Assembly (NCBI GenBank): GCA_964658305.1
Contig: OZ210885.1
Coordinates: 21,266,001-21,330,000, forward strand
Direction of reading: 5' to 3'
Source: Leptogorgia sarmentosa
Taxonomy: Eukaryota
DNA length: 64,000 nt
Under the pieces are notes generated by a model that saw nothing but the letters and a program-made list of their open reading frames with translations, made no database searches and had not been told where the DNA came from. Of the stretch, positions 1 to 11,800 are shown piece after piece. Numbering within the stretch: position 1 is the stretch's first letter; every line of letters starts with the position of its first letter. The position numbers were made by a program, and so were the translations under genes.

Positions 1-1074
1 TATCGATTCCATTGATGGAGTTGATATATCAAGGGGTCCCTGCTTTCTTCATACGTTACAACTTGCTATCCAGGATGGAATCATGTCACAGTGGAGTGTT
101 TCTGACATGATTGCAAGAAGTAAGCGAGTTGTTACGCATTTCAACCATTGGGCATTGGCTTGTGATCGACTTACGAAAATGCAAGAAGATTTGAACTTAC
201 CTAAGAAGAAACTAATACAAGATGTTCCTACCCGATGGAATTCCACTTTTTATCTCCTTCAGAGATTGCTAGAGATGAAAAATGCCATTGTGTTATATGC
301 TACTGATTACAAACTCCAAGTACCCACAGCCAATGAATGGAAACTGATGGAAAACGTCATTCGTTCAGCCTTTTGAAGAATACACTAAGCTCCTGAGCTC
401 GAACAAAGCTCCCGTCTCAGTTGTTATTCCAGCAGTTGCGGTCCTACAGCATTATCTAAACAAAGATGATAGCGAAAAATCTGCTGGCGTTCGCACCATG
501 AAGCAAGAATTTCACAATGCTGTTAAATCTCGTTTTGAGAATGTGATCACAAATCAAAACTATGTTGTGGCAACTACTGTCGATCCTCCTTTCAAGACAC
601 CCTTTACTGCAGAAAAAGGGCGCAAGTTACTTCTACAAGAATTTAGAAAATTTTCGAGGCCTGTTGAAGAAATCACCGAAGATAAGAAGAGCGTACCGAT
701 TCTACTAAAAAATCAGCATCTACAAAGGACCGAGTTGATCTTTGGGATTGGTCGCTTCCTCAACAACTCCTGCAACTCAAACGTCATCTGATAATCCCGA
801 GGAGAAAGAAGTTAGTGATTTTTTGGCCATGCCACTTGTTGATAAAGAAGTATGTACATTGAAGTGGTGGGTTGAGCAGAAATAAGCCTTTCCAAATGTT
901 TATCAAGTTGCCAAGAAATTTCTTAGTGCACCCTGCTCAAGTGTTTATTTGGAACGCATCTTTAGTGAAGCTGGTAACATATTGAATGAAAAAAGGAGTC
1001 GCCTCAACCCGTCAAAGTCAGAAAGCCTTCTGTTCCTTCACCATAACTTACCTAAACTACACTTTGATTACTAG
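1..1074 (+). pseudogene. hAT (ZBED/Ac-like) transposase remnant, C-terminal half, disrupted by stops and frameshifts
   Basis: ORF 83-376 has HFNH..LIQDVPTRWNSTFYLLQRLL. ORF 498-791 has YVVATTVDP. About 860-1074 reads KWW..FPNVYQVAKKFLSAPCSSVYLERIFSEAG..KRSRL..LLFLHHNL (hAT dimerisation domain), with stop TAG at 1072-1074. Confidence 0.9.
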
Positions 1075-1879
1075 AATCTTATAATACATTTCCTAATAAG
1101 TAACGACATTTGGTTTTTTAATTTCTATTGAAGATACTCATCAATTATTCAATTCCGTTTTGTTGTATATGAATTTTATGAATAGATAGTTTGTAAATGG
1201 TAAGCTTCGTAAATTTAAAAGTTGAGATGATCTTACACAGAGATATTTATTATCAATATTTTAGCGATATTTTGAACATGCTGGATGCCATTTGGCGACA
1301 CGGCAGGATCTTTAGTGTTTGATTAGAACAGGGTGTAAACATTAGCACAACATTGTCATTGAGCAATTATATATGCGAAAATAATCGGCTTGGGCCGACG
1401 CAGCGTGCATCATAGAACATTGGGACTATGCACCCATGATTAATGCAGCCGTCCTGAAAAATGTCGGACCATTGCTGAAAACGAGGAAAGGGACGAGATA
1501 CAATAATTAACTAATAATTCGCCTTTTGCGTGTCTAATTGCCAAATTTGCATATGCAAATGAGATACAAGAATAAATTAAGCATGCAAAAAGCTAATTAT
1601 TCCAAAAAATGAAAGTTTGTGCGGCGTTTTGAAGGGCTTAATCTCAAGCATTTTTTCTGAAATTTTTAACAGAAATACAAAACCTGACAAAGTTTCCGTC
1701 CATCAACTAAAAATTGCTTTTGAGCCTTTAAATTTCGTGTGCAAGACATTTTCTATCTGTTGGAAAAAAACACTCCCCCCGGGTTTGTTTTCGTTTATTC
1801 TACATTATAAGTACTCAACCAATCCACATAAACCGAAAACTTTGTACCCCGAGCCCCTTTGCGAAGTTGAGAGCGATTT

Positions 1880-1910
1880 AAAATCTGTTCACTTTTTTTT
1901 ATACACCCTG
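1880..1910. mobile_element. Orphan TIR of a related mariner-like element, lying 8 bp before the 1919-2727 element
   Basis: ...TTCACTTTTTTTTATACACCCTG|TA ends at 1910 with the same CAGGGTGTAT terminus but different internal sequence. The partner TIR was not confidently found. Confidence 0.6.
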
Positions 1911-1918
1911 TATATGTA

Positions 1919-2727
1919 CAGGGTGTATAAAAAAAAAACGCAATCCAAGTTTAAGGCTTTATAACCAAAATAATATAGATTTCCATGTCTTAACTTTTAG
2001 TTCATGTTTTAGCCCTATCTTTTTTCTACTCAATAAGTGGTCGATTGTGACTTTTTAGGCCATTTAGGACTTCAAAATAAGTGATTTACTGCAAGCAGTC
2101 ATTTTTAGATGCTTCGAATTCGACGTTCTTAATTCCGAAGGGGACGTTATCGTTGCATGCGAATATTTTGTTTGAAATATTTTCGCGAAATAATTTTAAA
2201 GTCTTAGGCATCATGCAACAACTCACTACAGCAGAAATAACTTTTATTGTTGAAGGTTACTTTGTAACAAAAAGTATTCAGGAAGTTTTAAGATTGTTTC
2301 GAATAGCTTTTCCGGATCAACAAGTCCCAAATTCGACGACCGTTTGGCGTAACGTACGTAAATACTGGCAGATACAGCTTAAAGCAGATGCTTTACATGG
2401 AAATCATGAACTAATAAGAAGAGTTGCACGGGAAATGCAATTTGGGATTTGTGTGTGCTGAGAAAGCCAGGCCATGTTGAATGATTGTAACCAACTAAAG
2501 TTAAATTTTTAATAAATTCAATCTATCTCAAATTTTAAATTGTCCAATCACACTTACTAAAAATATCATTACTCGCTCATTTCCAACTCAAATTTAACAA
2601 ACAAGCAGTCTTAAGAAAGCGAAATGATAGAGCTTTCTAACGGTGGTAAATATAGCCTATTTTCTATTACTTTTCGTTATGAAAATTGCATTTGAGCGTA
2701 GGATTGCGTTTTTTTTTATACACCCTG
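1919..2727 (+). mobile_element. Non-autonomous Tc1/mariner-superfamily element (internal deletion derivative) retaining an N-terminal HTH (DUF4817-like)
   Basis: TIR CAGGGTGTATAAAAAAAAAACGCAATCC at 1919-1946 and its reverse complement at 2701-2727, with TA on both sides (1917-18, 2728-29). Internal peptide MQQLTTAEITFIVEGYFVTKSIQEVLRLFRIAFPDQQVPNSTTVWRNVRKY. Confidence 0.85.
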
Positions 2728-3434
2728 TATATTGCATCAACAGATCAACCAGCCATTAAAATTTCGGCGCAAACATTTCGTGAGCACTGTCGCTATAGGT
2801 ACAGGTATTAAGTTTTATAATATACTGCAATACTGGAGTATATTCAAGACAATATTTTCTAACTGTTATCCAGTAATTAGTAAGAGCTTAACCTAGACAT
2901 TGGCTTGTGTAGCGATCCAAACAGCTGAGGATTCGAACAGCCGAGATTGATGAGCAGGTTTAGTAGTAGCAAACTTGCAAAGTTTCTGATTGCACTATGT
3001 CTGCCTCTGCTGTTATAATAGTCTATTAAAATTCTTGAAACTGTGCTATTCTGTGCTTTCCTTGCGGTGTAACTACACATCTACAGAGAATATAGTGCAA
3101 GTGAGTTGCAAAATTACGAGGTGTTTACATGAATGCGGATTCAGTTACTGTTGTGATTGAACTCATTCCGTTTCTGTTCAGACCATAGGGGGATAATTGT
3201 TTGCACGGAATTGACAAACAAACTTGGAAATAGTTTCAGATTCCGCTACACCTTAGAAAGCAGCCAATTTACAAAAATCACAATTTAATTGTTTTGTCAT
3301 TATGTCATAAAATCTATAAATATCAACCAATTTACAAGTATAATAAAATAGAAACAAAAGAAACTAATATTGTTAATTATCAATTGTCAATTCGGTCAAA
3401 TATCAAGTCAATTCTATATGATCGTCTGCCAAAG

Positions 3435-4030
3435 TTATAATAAATTGGCTTTGATCACTACATTCGTAGAACGATTAAATGTTATCGATACTGGGCCTAC
3501 CATGAGAAGTCTCTTGGCAACAACACTGTTCTGCAACAAATACAAGTTGTCGACCAAATTACTAAGGACATTGCCAAAGAATGTCAGCGTGATGTCTGGT
3601 TGTTGTTCTTGTGCATTAATGACAACAATCTTGGCGATATTTTCTTGCCATATTTGAAGTTTAATGACGCCACTACAGATATTCACCATGTTGTAAGCAT
3701 CTTCATCTTCAAGAATTGTCTTGACTTCTGTTATCGTTTCTGCACGTTCAGTATACTGAAACGAATATTCAGCTTGATCTGCAACGCTAACGCTAGTCAT
3801 GTTGTTAATGATAAGCTTACTACCGTCATCTGTTTTCGTAAACCAATTGATTTTGACAGGGGTATGACTCGTCTCACTCTTTATCAAAAGGCGGTGTTTA
3901 GCCTTAGAAAAACAGAGTACATCTTCAAACAAATTCTTGCCTGCGTTTGGTAATGTAACATGTCCTTGTTGTTGCGTTTTAATGGTGATAGGCTATGTAC
4001 GCATCCGATTACAGGTTTCGGAGAATCACT
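3435..4030 (-). pseudogene. Frameshifted OB-fold (RPA70-like) protein, probably Helitron/Helentron-associated
   Basis: ORFs 3884-4165 and 3435-3932 join: VIGCVHSLSPLKRN..VLCFSKAKHRLL..PVKI..KLIINNMTSV..ITLTFFGNVL. This pattern resembles invertebrate ssDNA-binding OB-fold proteins. Confidence 0.5.
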
Positions 4031-5604
4031 CTTGAAAGACGATTGTCGAAATAGCTTCTTGGCCACCACTGCTTGCTCCACGTAGGCTTGTTGCCTCAGT
4101 ATCTTTGGATTCACTCTTTTTCCGCCCGAAGGCTTTTGTTTTTTTGTACTTTTGCGACAAGACATTTTAAATTTTTAAGAATTTTATATCTCACAGTGCC
4201 ACACACAATTGTGTGGTATAGTGCATTCTGACCAATCACAGGTGGCGTTACCATAAAAGGTAAACTTTTCATGTGTACAAAAGTAAATTTAGACAAACGT
4301 CATTGACTCCATTGAGGTGTGATCAGAGTGGGTGTGGTGTGACTGTTTGGGCTCAGGGCTCTCTTTGTGGAGGTGTAGATTTTCCACTTTATAATTTTTT
4401 AGATCCGTATACTCCCGTCTGCATACCTGAACTCGCTTTCAGTCTTGCTTTCGCTGTTAATGCGGTGATTACTTAACGTGCATATTTTTTTGCTATCTAC
4501 TGATACTAGCAATAATTTAACATTCTTGGGACAAGTATTGTTATTGTCTCGCTTGTTCTCTACTGCTGCACTGCATGTGCGATAAACATGTGGGGTGTTT
4601 CTAACACACCTCCTGTGACACATCACTAAAATCACAGTACTAAAATAAACTCGTAAGATATTTTTAGCTACATTGTTAGCACCACATATATAAACAACAC
4701 ATCATTTAGTACAGAGTGAGTCATATAGCATGAGACAAAATGAGAACTATATCATCAGAGAGTAGCAAAAGTCCCTTGGAGGAGATAGCCCATGTGTTAT
4801 CGACACAGCCTTGACTCGCCAGGCTAGCATTTTGGATGCTAAAAGGTGAATAGATAACCCACGCGTTATCGCCAATCCCTTAACTTTAAATTATCGAAGC
4901 AAAAGGCAAGGAGATAGTCCACATGCTATCAATACAGACCAAGTTCACGGGTCTACCACCATGGTGCAAAAACGTGATCTATATGAAACTTCAAAGACAC
5001 TTCTGAAAACTTATATGAACCTATCAAAAGCTTATCTGAAACTATTAGGAAGTAATATAAATGGCAAATCTCTATTCGGCAAATTAATGAGATCCGTGCA
5101 GCATCGACTCGAACACAAATAAGCAATAAAAATCTATGTAACAGTAACAATTATCTCCACAATTGTAACAATAACACCAACATTCATGGATGAAACAACA
5201 TATTCAGAACATATGAGAAACTATTAAGAAATTTTAGAAAAATGTTAAAAATCGAGAATGTATAAAAAGTATATAGTGTATTTATAATAAATATACCCAA
5301 TATAATAAACAAAAATCTAAGGTCGCGCTAATCATTGCAATTAAAAGATTCAAATTAGTGCGAGTTTTCATATTCAGCTAGCGACAAAATGTAAATCTTT
5401 GAAAATTTGTTGATTAAAAATGCATACCATTATCTCGTATATTCCCATCGGTGGAAATATGCAATTTTCACTTAAAACGTTTACCGATGTACTGCTCGCT
5501 GGTTTCTTGACTAAATGCCGCATAAAACATGTCATGTAAAACAGGAACAATTGAACTTTCGAATGATGTCAAACTCGATGAAATCCATTAATGATTTGTT
5601 GAGA

Positions 5605-5648
5605 TATGGCGCACCACAGTTGTGTTACCATTTTTTTCATACACCCTG
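5605..5648. mobile_element. Third mariner-like TIR end (CAGGGTGTATGAAAAAAATGG on minus strand) truncating the OTU fragment
   Basis: CCATTTTTTTCATACACCCTG|TA at ~5628-5650. Confidence 0.6.
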
Positions 5649-6284
5649 TACAAATAATTTACGGATTAATATCACCGAAACTGCACTAAACGTTTCTGAG
5701 TCAACAGTTGTAAACTCTATTTATACTCAGCTTGACGGACGAAATGCGAGAGATATTTATATAGGCCATCTTGATGAACTGCATTATGTATCAACCACGG
5801 CTATCACACAATCTTTTTCTGCGCAAACAAATCAGATGACAAGTGCTCAAACCAAATCAAACTCACAAGATTCTCACTCTAATCCAGAAACTTTATCATA
5901 CGAAGCTGCCTTATTAAAGAAATTAGAAGAGAGGAAAAAATATATGAAAGAGTATATGAAAGGGAGAAGAAAAGATGATAAATTCAAAAAGAAAGAACTT
6001 GAAAGAAAAAAGTCTTATAATAAAAAATATAACAATGTAAATCCTGAAAAAATTAAGAAATCTTGGCAAAACGCCTCTACAACATACAGAGAAACAAATC
6101 CTGAGAAAGTTAAGCAATCCTCTAAGAAAGGCACTGCAACATACATACATAATAATCGAGAAAATGTTGAAGAATCTAGAAAGCGAGCTACTGCATTATA
6201 CAGAGAAACAAATCCTGAAAAGGTTAAGCAATCCTCTAAGAAAGCCAATGTGACATACATACATAATAATCCTGAAAAGGTTAA
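5649..6284 (+). pseudogene. Fragment of Helitron/Helentron-type protein N-terminus: OTU protease C-terminal part plus YRETNPEKVKQSSKK repeats
   Basis: NLRINITE..IYIGHLDELHYVST (OTU catalytic His motif) is followed by K/E-rich repeats NPEKVKQSSKK. It is cut on the left by a mariner TIR and on the right by the Kolobok insertion at TTAA 6281-6284. Confidence 0.6.
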
Positions 6285-6546
6285 AGTGCACCTAACCCCA
6301 TTTTTGTTTTTATTATAATCTGAAAGATTTTGATTTTAAAACTTGGCTTGAATATCACTAAATTAATTCAAAATTGCTGCCATTTTGCTTCACAACCGAG
6401 CATTCTTGTTAGCAGTCTGGTGACAAATGTGTGACGTAAATTCCAGACAACCACAGTAGCCTTTGTGTATTAATTGCATAATTGCGCATTCACAGATTTC
6501 ACTCGCTGTTCGATACGCGGAAAAAATGCCTGAAAGGTGCGTCATA

Positions 6547-8171
6547 CAAGTGCATCTCAAAAAATTAGAATATTGTGGAAAAGTTGATTGTTTACTGTCA
6601 TATAATTTCCAACATAAAAAATGGGAAATCTACAAAATCAATGGAAGATGAGATAAAGGAATTTAAATCCAATTTTATTTTAAGTACTCAATCACAGCGT
6701 GCAGGTCATTAAAAACAGAAAATTGGTATCTCAAAATATTAGAATAACCTTAAAGATCGTTAAGATAAAGGTTTAGAATGTAAGAATTTTTAAATTCTGA
6801 GTAACACACAACATTGAGCTCATTTCAGTATTCATTTAGTACTTGGTTGGGCCTCCTTTTGCGCGAATTACAGCGTCAATACGTCGTGGCATTGAGGTAA
6901 TCAATTTGTGACACTCCTGAGGTGTTATTGAAGCCCAGGCTGTTTTTATAGCTGCCTTCAATTCGCCTGCATTGTTTGGGCGAGTGTTCCTCATCTTTCT
7001 CTTGAGAATGCCCCAAAGATTCTCAATGGGGTTCAGGTCAGGCGAGTTAGCTGGCCAGTCAAGAACAGGAACGCTATTTTGACCAAACCAGCTAGTTGTA
7101 CTCTTTGCACTATGTGCTGGTGCTAAATCATGTTAAAATAAATTCATCATCTCCAAAATGTTTTTCAGCTGACAGTAGCATGAAATGTTCTAAAATCTCC
7201 TGGTAGACGGCTGCATTGACTGTTCTTTTAATAAAACACAGTTCACCAGTACCAGCAGATGACATTGCACCCCAAACCATTACTGATTGCAGAACTTTAC
7301 GCTGGCTTTCAAGCAACTTGCATTATGTGCTTCTCCGCTTTTTCGCCATACTCTCGGACCTTGATTCCCAAATGATATGCAAAATTTACTTTCATCTGAA
7401 AAGAGGACATTGGACCACTTTGCAACAGTCCAGTTCTTTCTCTCCTTAGCCCAAGCGAGACGCCTCTTACGTTGTCTCAGATTCAAAAGCGGTTTGACAG
7501 AAGGAATGCAACATTTGTAGCCATTTTCTTGTAGACGCCTGTGTGTGGTGGCTCTTGACGCTTTAACTCCAGCTTGAGTCCACTCCTTATGAAGCTCTCC
7601 CAAGTTTCTGAAACGGCCACGTTTGACGATCTTCTCCAGGCTACGGTCATCCCTTTTACTTGTGCACTTCTTCCTGCCACATCGTTTCCTTCCTTGTAAA
7701 TTTCCACGAAGATGCTTTGAAACAGCACTCCGTGAGCAGCCCGCTCTTTCAGCAATCCTTTTCTGAGTCTTTCCTTCTTTGTGCAATGTGTCAATAATGG
7801 TCTTCTGAATATCAGTTAGATCTGACTTTTTTCCCATGGTTGCCCTGCAGTTGTTGACATTCGTATATAAAGACATTATTGGGCACCTAACACTTGTGGT
7901 TGTACATTTGCATGAAATTGTTTTACTCATATAATCCCAAAAAGTTATGCGTACTGGTGGAAAGTATATATTATTCTAATATTTTGAGATATCAAATTTC
8001 TGTTTTTAATGACCTGCACGCTGTGATTGAGTACTTAAAATAAAATTGGATTTAAATTCCTTTATCTCATCTTCCATTGATTTTGTAGATTTCCCATTTT
8101 TTATGTTGGAAATTATATGACAGTAAACAATCAACTTTTCCACAATATTCTAATTTTTTGAGATGCACTTG
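6547..8171 (-). mobile_element. Tc1 (DD34E, IR/DR type) transposon, full length
   Basis: ~200 bp TIRs starting CAAGTGCATCTCAAAAAATTAGAATA (6547; reverse complement ends 8171) with an inner repeat TCTCAAAATATTAGAATA. TA duplication at 6545-46 and 8172-73. Confidence 0.97.
6836..7837 (-). pseudogene. Tc1 transposase with frameshifts near 7285 and 7130
   Basis: MGKKSDLTDIQKTIIDTLHKEG (paired-like HTH), VLFSDESKF, SVMVWGAMS, DLAPAH, WPANSPDLNPIENLW, GGPTKY*. Confidence 0.95.
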
Positions 8172-11100
8172 TATATGGCTGTAGTAACACTAGAAACGCG
8201 AAAGAAGGAATATCCCTTCATGTTATTCCTTTTTGCGTGGACGAAAGGACAGAGGCAAAGAAAAGAAGGAGAAAGTGGGTGGATTTTGTTTGCCGAACAC
8301 GTGCAAACTGGAAGCCCACGGCCCGATCAGTCGTGTGCTCTCAGCACTTCAAGACGGAAGATTTTTCACATTGTTATGCTAATGTTGGAGAAGAAGGAAG
8401 TCTTTTGAGTAGATGGCTCAAACGAGATGAAATAGGAATTGTTGTCTTTCCTACAATTTACCCAACATCAAGCAATGAACAACAGCTGACTGCGCGAGAT
8501 AAAAGTATGGTATGTAATTGGACACTTTGAATATTATTACAGCGAGTCTTAGCGTGTATTTAACTCACCAATTTCAAATTGTTTAGATTGTAAGGAGAGC
8601 AAAATCGGCAAGCAAGCCAAGTTCAGATACAGTGAGGTGTGACCCTGAACAAGTTGGCGAAACGATTGGAGAAATGAGCCGGGCATATGTAGAGGAACCT
8701 GAAATGTTGGCGCAAGAGTTTGAATATCAGCAGGCTAATCCACCGGAAGACCTGTCAATGTCATCACGAAATAATGATAGCCAACCCCTGCTGCATCTGC
8801 TGAAAATTGCCCAAATTGCCCCACTGAAAAAAATAAAAGTTGAGCAATTCAGTTAAAACTTTGAGAGAAGCTGCAAAAAAGCGAAGGGCATAGATCAGGA
8901 AATTGCGAAAAAAAGGTTTGTTCCCTATATATTTCTTTTGTAATGATTACACACCAGTCACGCACTTGTGACAGTATGTGCGAGTTGTGTCAAATATGCA
9001 ACTTGCAAGCCTCTACGACGAGTTCAGATGTTTTTTGTAACCAGTTGTTTTAGTGCAAACATCACAGAACACCACAAGGAAGAGTGACCCTTCATTGGAT
9101 GTTGAACCACAGCCAGAAGAGAATTTACCAGAGGACGAACCCATGGAATCTTGCAGTAGTGATGGTGAAGATCACGAAATGGAAGAAGAAGACGAAAATG
9201 ATTCACTTTATGAACCTGAGACTGAAACTACAGAATCAGATATTGAATATGATTGGGTGAGTAACATGTATGGTAGTATGTATGAAGAAACGTCTGTGCT
9301 TGACGAATTGTACAATCATAGCATGCATTACTTTCCGGACTCTACTCAATGTTAATTTTTATGTATTCTAGAGTGTCTCTTGCTGGTGCAAACATCAGGT
9401 CGGAACGAAAGTACATTGAGTTTCTCTCTGTTATTTCTACTTTTCCAGTTTTGTCATTCTTGCAAGACTGACAATCCAGTAGTGGAGGTAACTGAGAGTG
9501 GGACAAATGTGACAGTGAAAACCAAGTGCCACAATAAAAAATGTCAGAAAGAATCGACATGGCATAGTCAGCCATACCTCCCTGGAACACTCATTCATGC
9601 TGCTAATTTCCTGTTGCCTCTTGCTGTTGTGCTTTCTGGTGGATCTGCAACAAAAGTTGTCAATATGTGTGCACATATGGGCCTTGCGTGTATTTCCCTC
9701 AAGACATTTTTCAAACATCAAAGGGTAGGTACAATGTCTTGTATTACATACATGTGTGTCTGTGTACTATATTGAAATGAGAGTTGAAATTTGAACCCAT
9801 CTAGGAGAAGATTTTCCCAGCAATTTTAATTTATTGGAAGGCCTATCAGAAATCAATGATAGAAAGATTGAAAAAAGTGGATGGTGGAAATGTCATAGCA
9901 GGAGATGGAAGGCATGACAGTATGGGTGGGGCACAGTGCCAAATTTTGTGCCTATACTATCCTCTGCTGCACCATTCCTTTGATAATACATTTTGACATG
10001 GTCCAGGTATGTACATACAAAATTATTTTTCATGAGAATGGTTTTGATGTCATCTGACAGGTAACTCAACAACATAGGTGATTATCCATATATAGTGAAA
10101 CTGCTCTGATTTTAATTGGTGACATTGTGTGCCAAAGTGACTATAAATCAAGCAGTTTTTTTCAGTTTTATGAATAAAGCATTTTGACTTCATACAGAGA
10201 AACCAAGCTGGAAGCAGCCCTGCAATGGAGTACCTATCATTTAAGCAGTGCATGGAATATTTAATGGGTTTTGACTTGCTTATCACGACATTTGTCTCAG
10301 ACCGTCATACAACAATCGCTAAGCGCATGAAGCAAGCTCAAAGAATGTCATTCATTACTTCGACCTTTGGCATATCAAAAAAAGAGTAATTAGGCTTACT
10401 ACATCTTTAAATTCTAGTTTAAAGTTGTTTGAGAGTTACCTGATGTACTACAAGCTCTTGTGTGAGATATAGGTTGATCTTGATGATTTTGTTATGGTTA
10501 CTGTTTAATGTATATTTTTTAATCAGAAATACCAAAGGTTCTCACAAAACTTGCCAAAGAAAAAGGATTTGAGGCAATCGCAGAGTGGATTAAGCCGTGT
10601 GAAAACCACCTTCACTGGAGTGCCACTTCCACACATGATGGTAATGGAATTGTGATATGGGCAAAGTTTAAAGCATTCATGAGCCACATCATAAACAAGC
10701 ATTATGACTTGGATGATCCAGTCTTCAACAAGTGTGCTCATGGTACATGTTCAAATTCTGTTCTATGACTCCAGGTACATGTTCAAATTCTGTTCTAGCT
10801 TTAGGTTACCAAAGAAACCAATGTCTGGCTTATGATGTCTAATCCCAATCAGTGACATGGAAATGATCAGGGCTGTACAAAAACATGTATACATCCAATA
10901 TGTAATGTGTGTAGTTAGAAATGAGGGAGCATTGCAAGATACATAATGTAAACTGCTGATTTTTTTATTTTGTTGCAGGTTCTGTGGTGCATGAAAGGCT
11001 TCGCAATGTCTTGACTACAACATCATTAAAGAATGCAATAAAACAAGCATCCCCTCTTGCTCTAGCCTCACCGAAAAGGCTAACCCACCTGGGTGGAAAT

Positions 11101-11674
11101 GGCTTTGTAGATTCGTCGCATTCGTACGAATCGTTCGATTGGTAAACGCTCGCAGATTCGTTCAATTGGTTAGATTCGTACACCCAAAAGGCTAACCCGT
11201 CTGCGAAGGTTAACCGGCCTGGGTGGAAATGGCTTTGTAGATTCGTGCCATTTGTACGAATCTTACGAACCGTTCGATTGGTAAACGCTCTCAGTTAAAG
11301 TAGTCATTCAAATTTAAAGTGAATATTTGCTGAAAAGCTAAGCTATATTCGTGAATTAATGTTACAGCTACTCCACAAAAGGTGTGTGCTGTTTATATTG
11401 ATGGACGTGTGGGTGAATATGTACAAGTTCAAAGTAATACTAGAGGTCTTATTACACATTGATTGTTTAGTTTACTTACATGCTTATTAAGATAAAAACT
11501 TGAACGGTTGTTCAAATTTGTTGCTAATTGTGTAATACAATTATGTCAAATAACATTATAGGAGAAATTTCTTTTAAAAATATCTGTTGCAGTGCAACGA
11601 AACAAATGTAACGGCTTGTATAGTAAGGGATTGTTTCACTGCAATAGCCATATCACTGATTTAGCTTTGTTGAG

Positions 11675-11800
11675 GTTCATACGTCGAATTTTGGTTGCAT
11701 CGAATGCAATTCAAACAATAGATAATGAAGTTATAGTCATCTCATGATCTATTGTTTGACGCTCAAAGCGACCAAAATTCAGTGTATGAAATTGACCTTA
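11675..11800. mobile_element. Small palindromic MITE (Harbinger-like)
   Basis: TTCATACGTCGAATTTTGGTTGC..TCAAACAATAGAT and ATCTATTGTTTGA..GCGACCAAAATTCAGTGTATGAA form imperfect inverted arms. Confidence 0.55.

Larger units (their letters stand above)
6285..11062 (+). mobile_element. Kolobok DNA transposon, left end and 5' part of multi-exon THAP-DDE transposase (degenerate)
   Basis: Terminus TTAA|AGTGCACCTAACCCC. ATG 6526 gives the THAP domain MPERCVI|YGCSNTRNAKEGISLHVIP..KWVDFV..VVCSQHFKTEDF once the Tc1 is removed. Later exons: FCHSC..TWHSQP..AANFLL (9372-9724), IAGDGRHDSMG (~9895), FVSDRH..HYFDLWHIKK (~10290-10384), WIKPCENHLHWS..NKCAHG (10526-10742), KQASPLA (to 11062). Confidence 0.85.

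Noticed and set aside
1329..1340. CAGGGTGTAAAC as the partner TIR of the end at 1910
   Set aside because: Only 9 bp match and there is no flanking TA.
5515..6318. 267-aa ORF as a real gene
   Set aside because: Chimeric: it starts in a mariner-like end, crosses the OTU fragment and ends in the Kolobok terminus.
10742..10797. 24-bp direct repeat GGTACATGTTCAAATTCTGTTCTA (similarly 38113-38162)
   Set aside because: Simple local duplications with no further structure.
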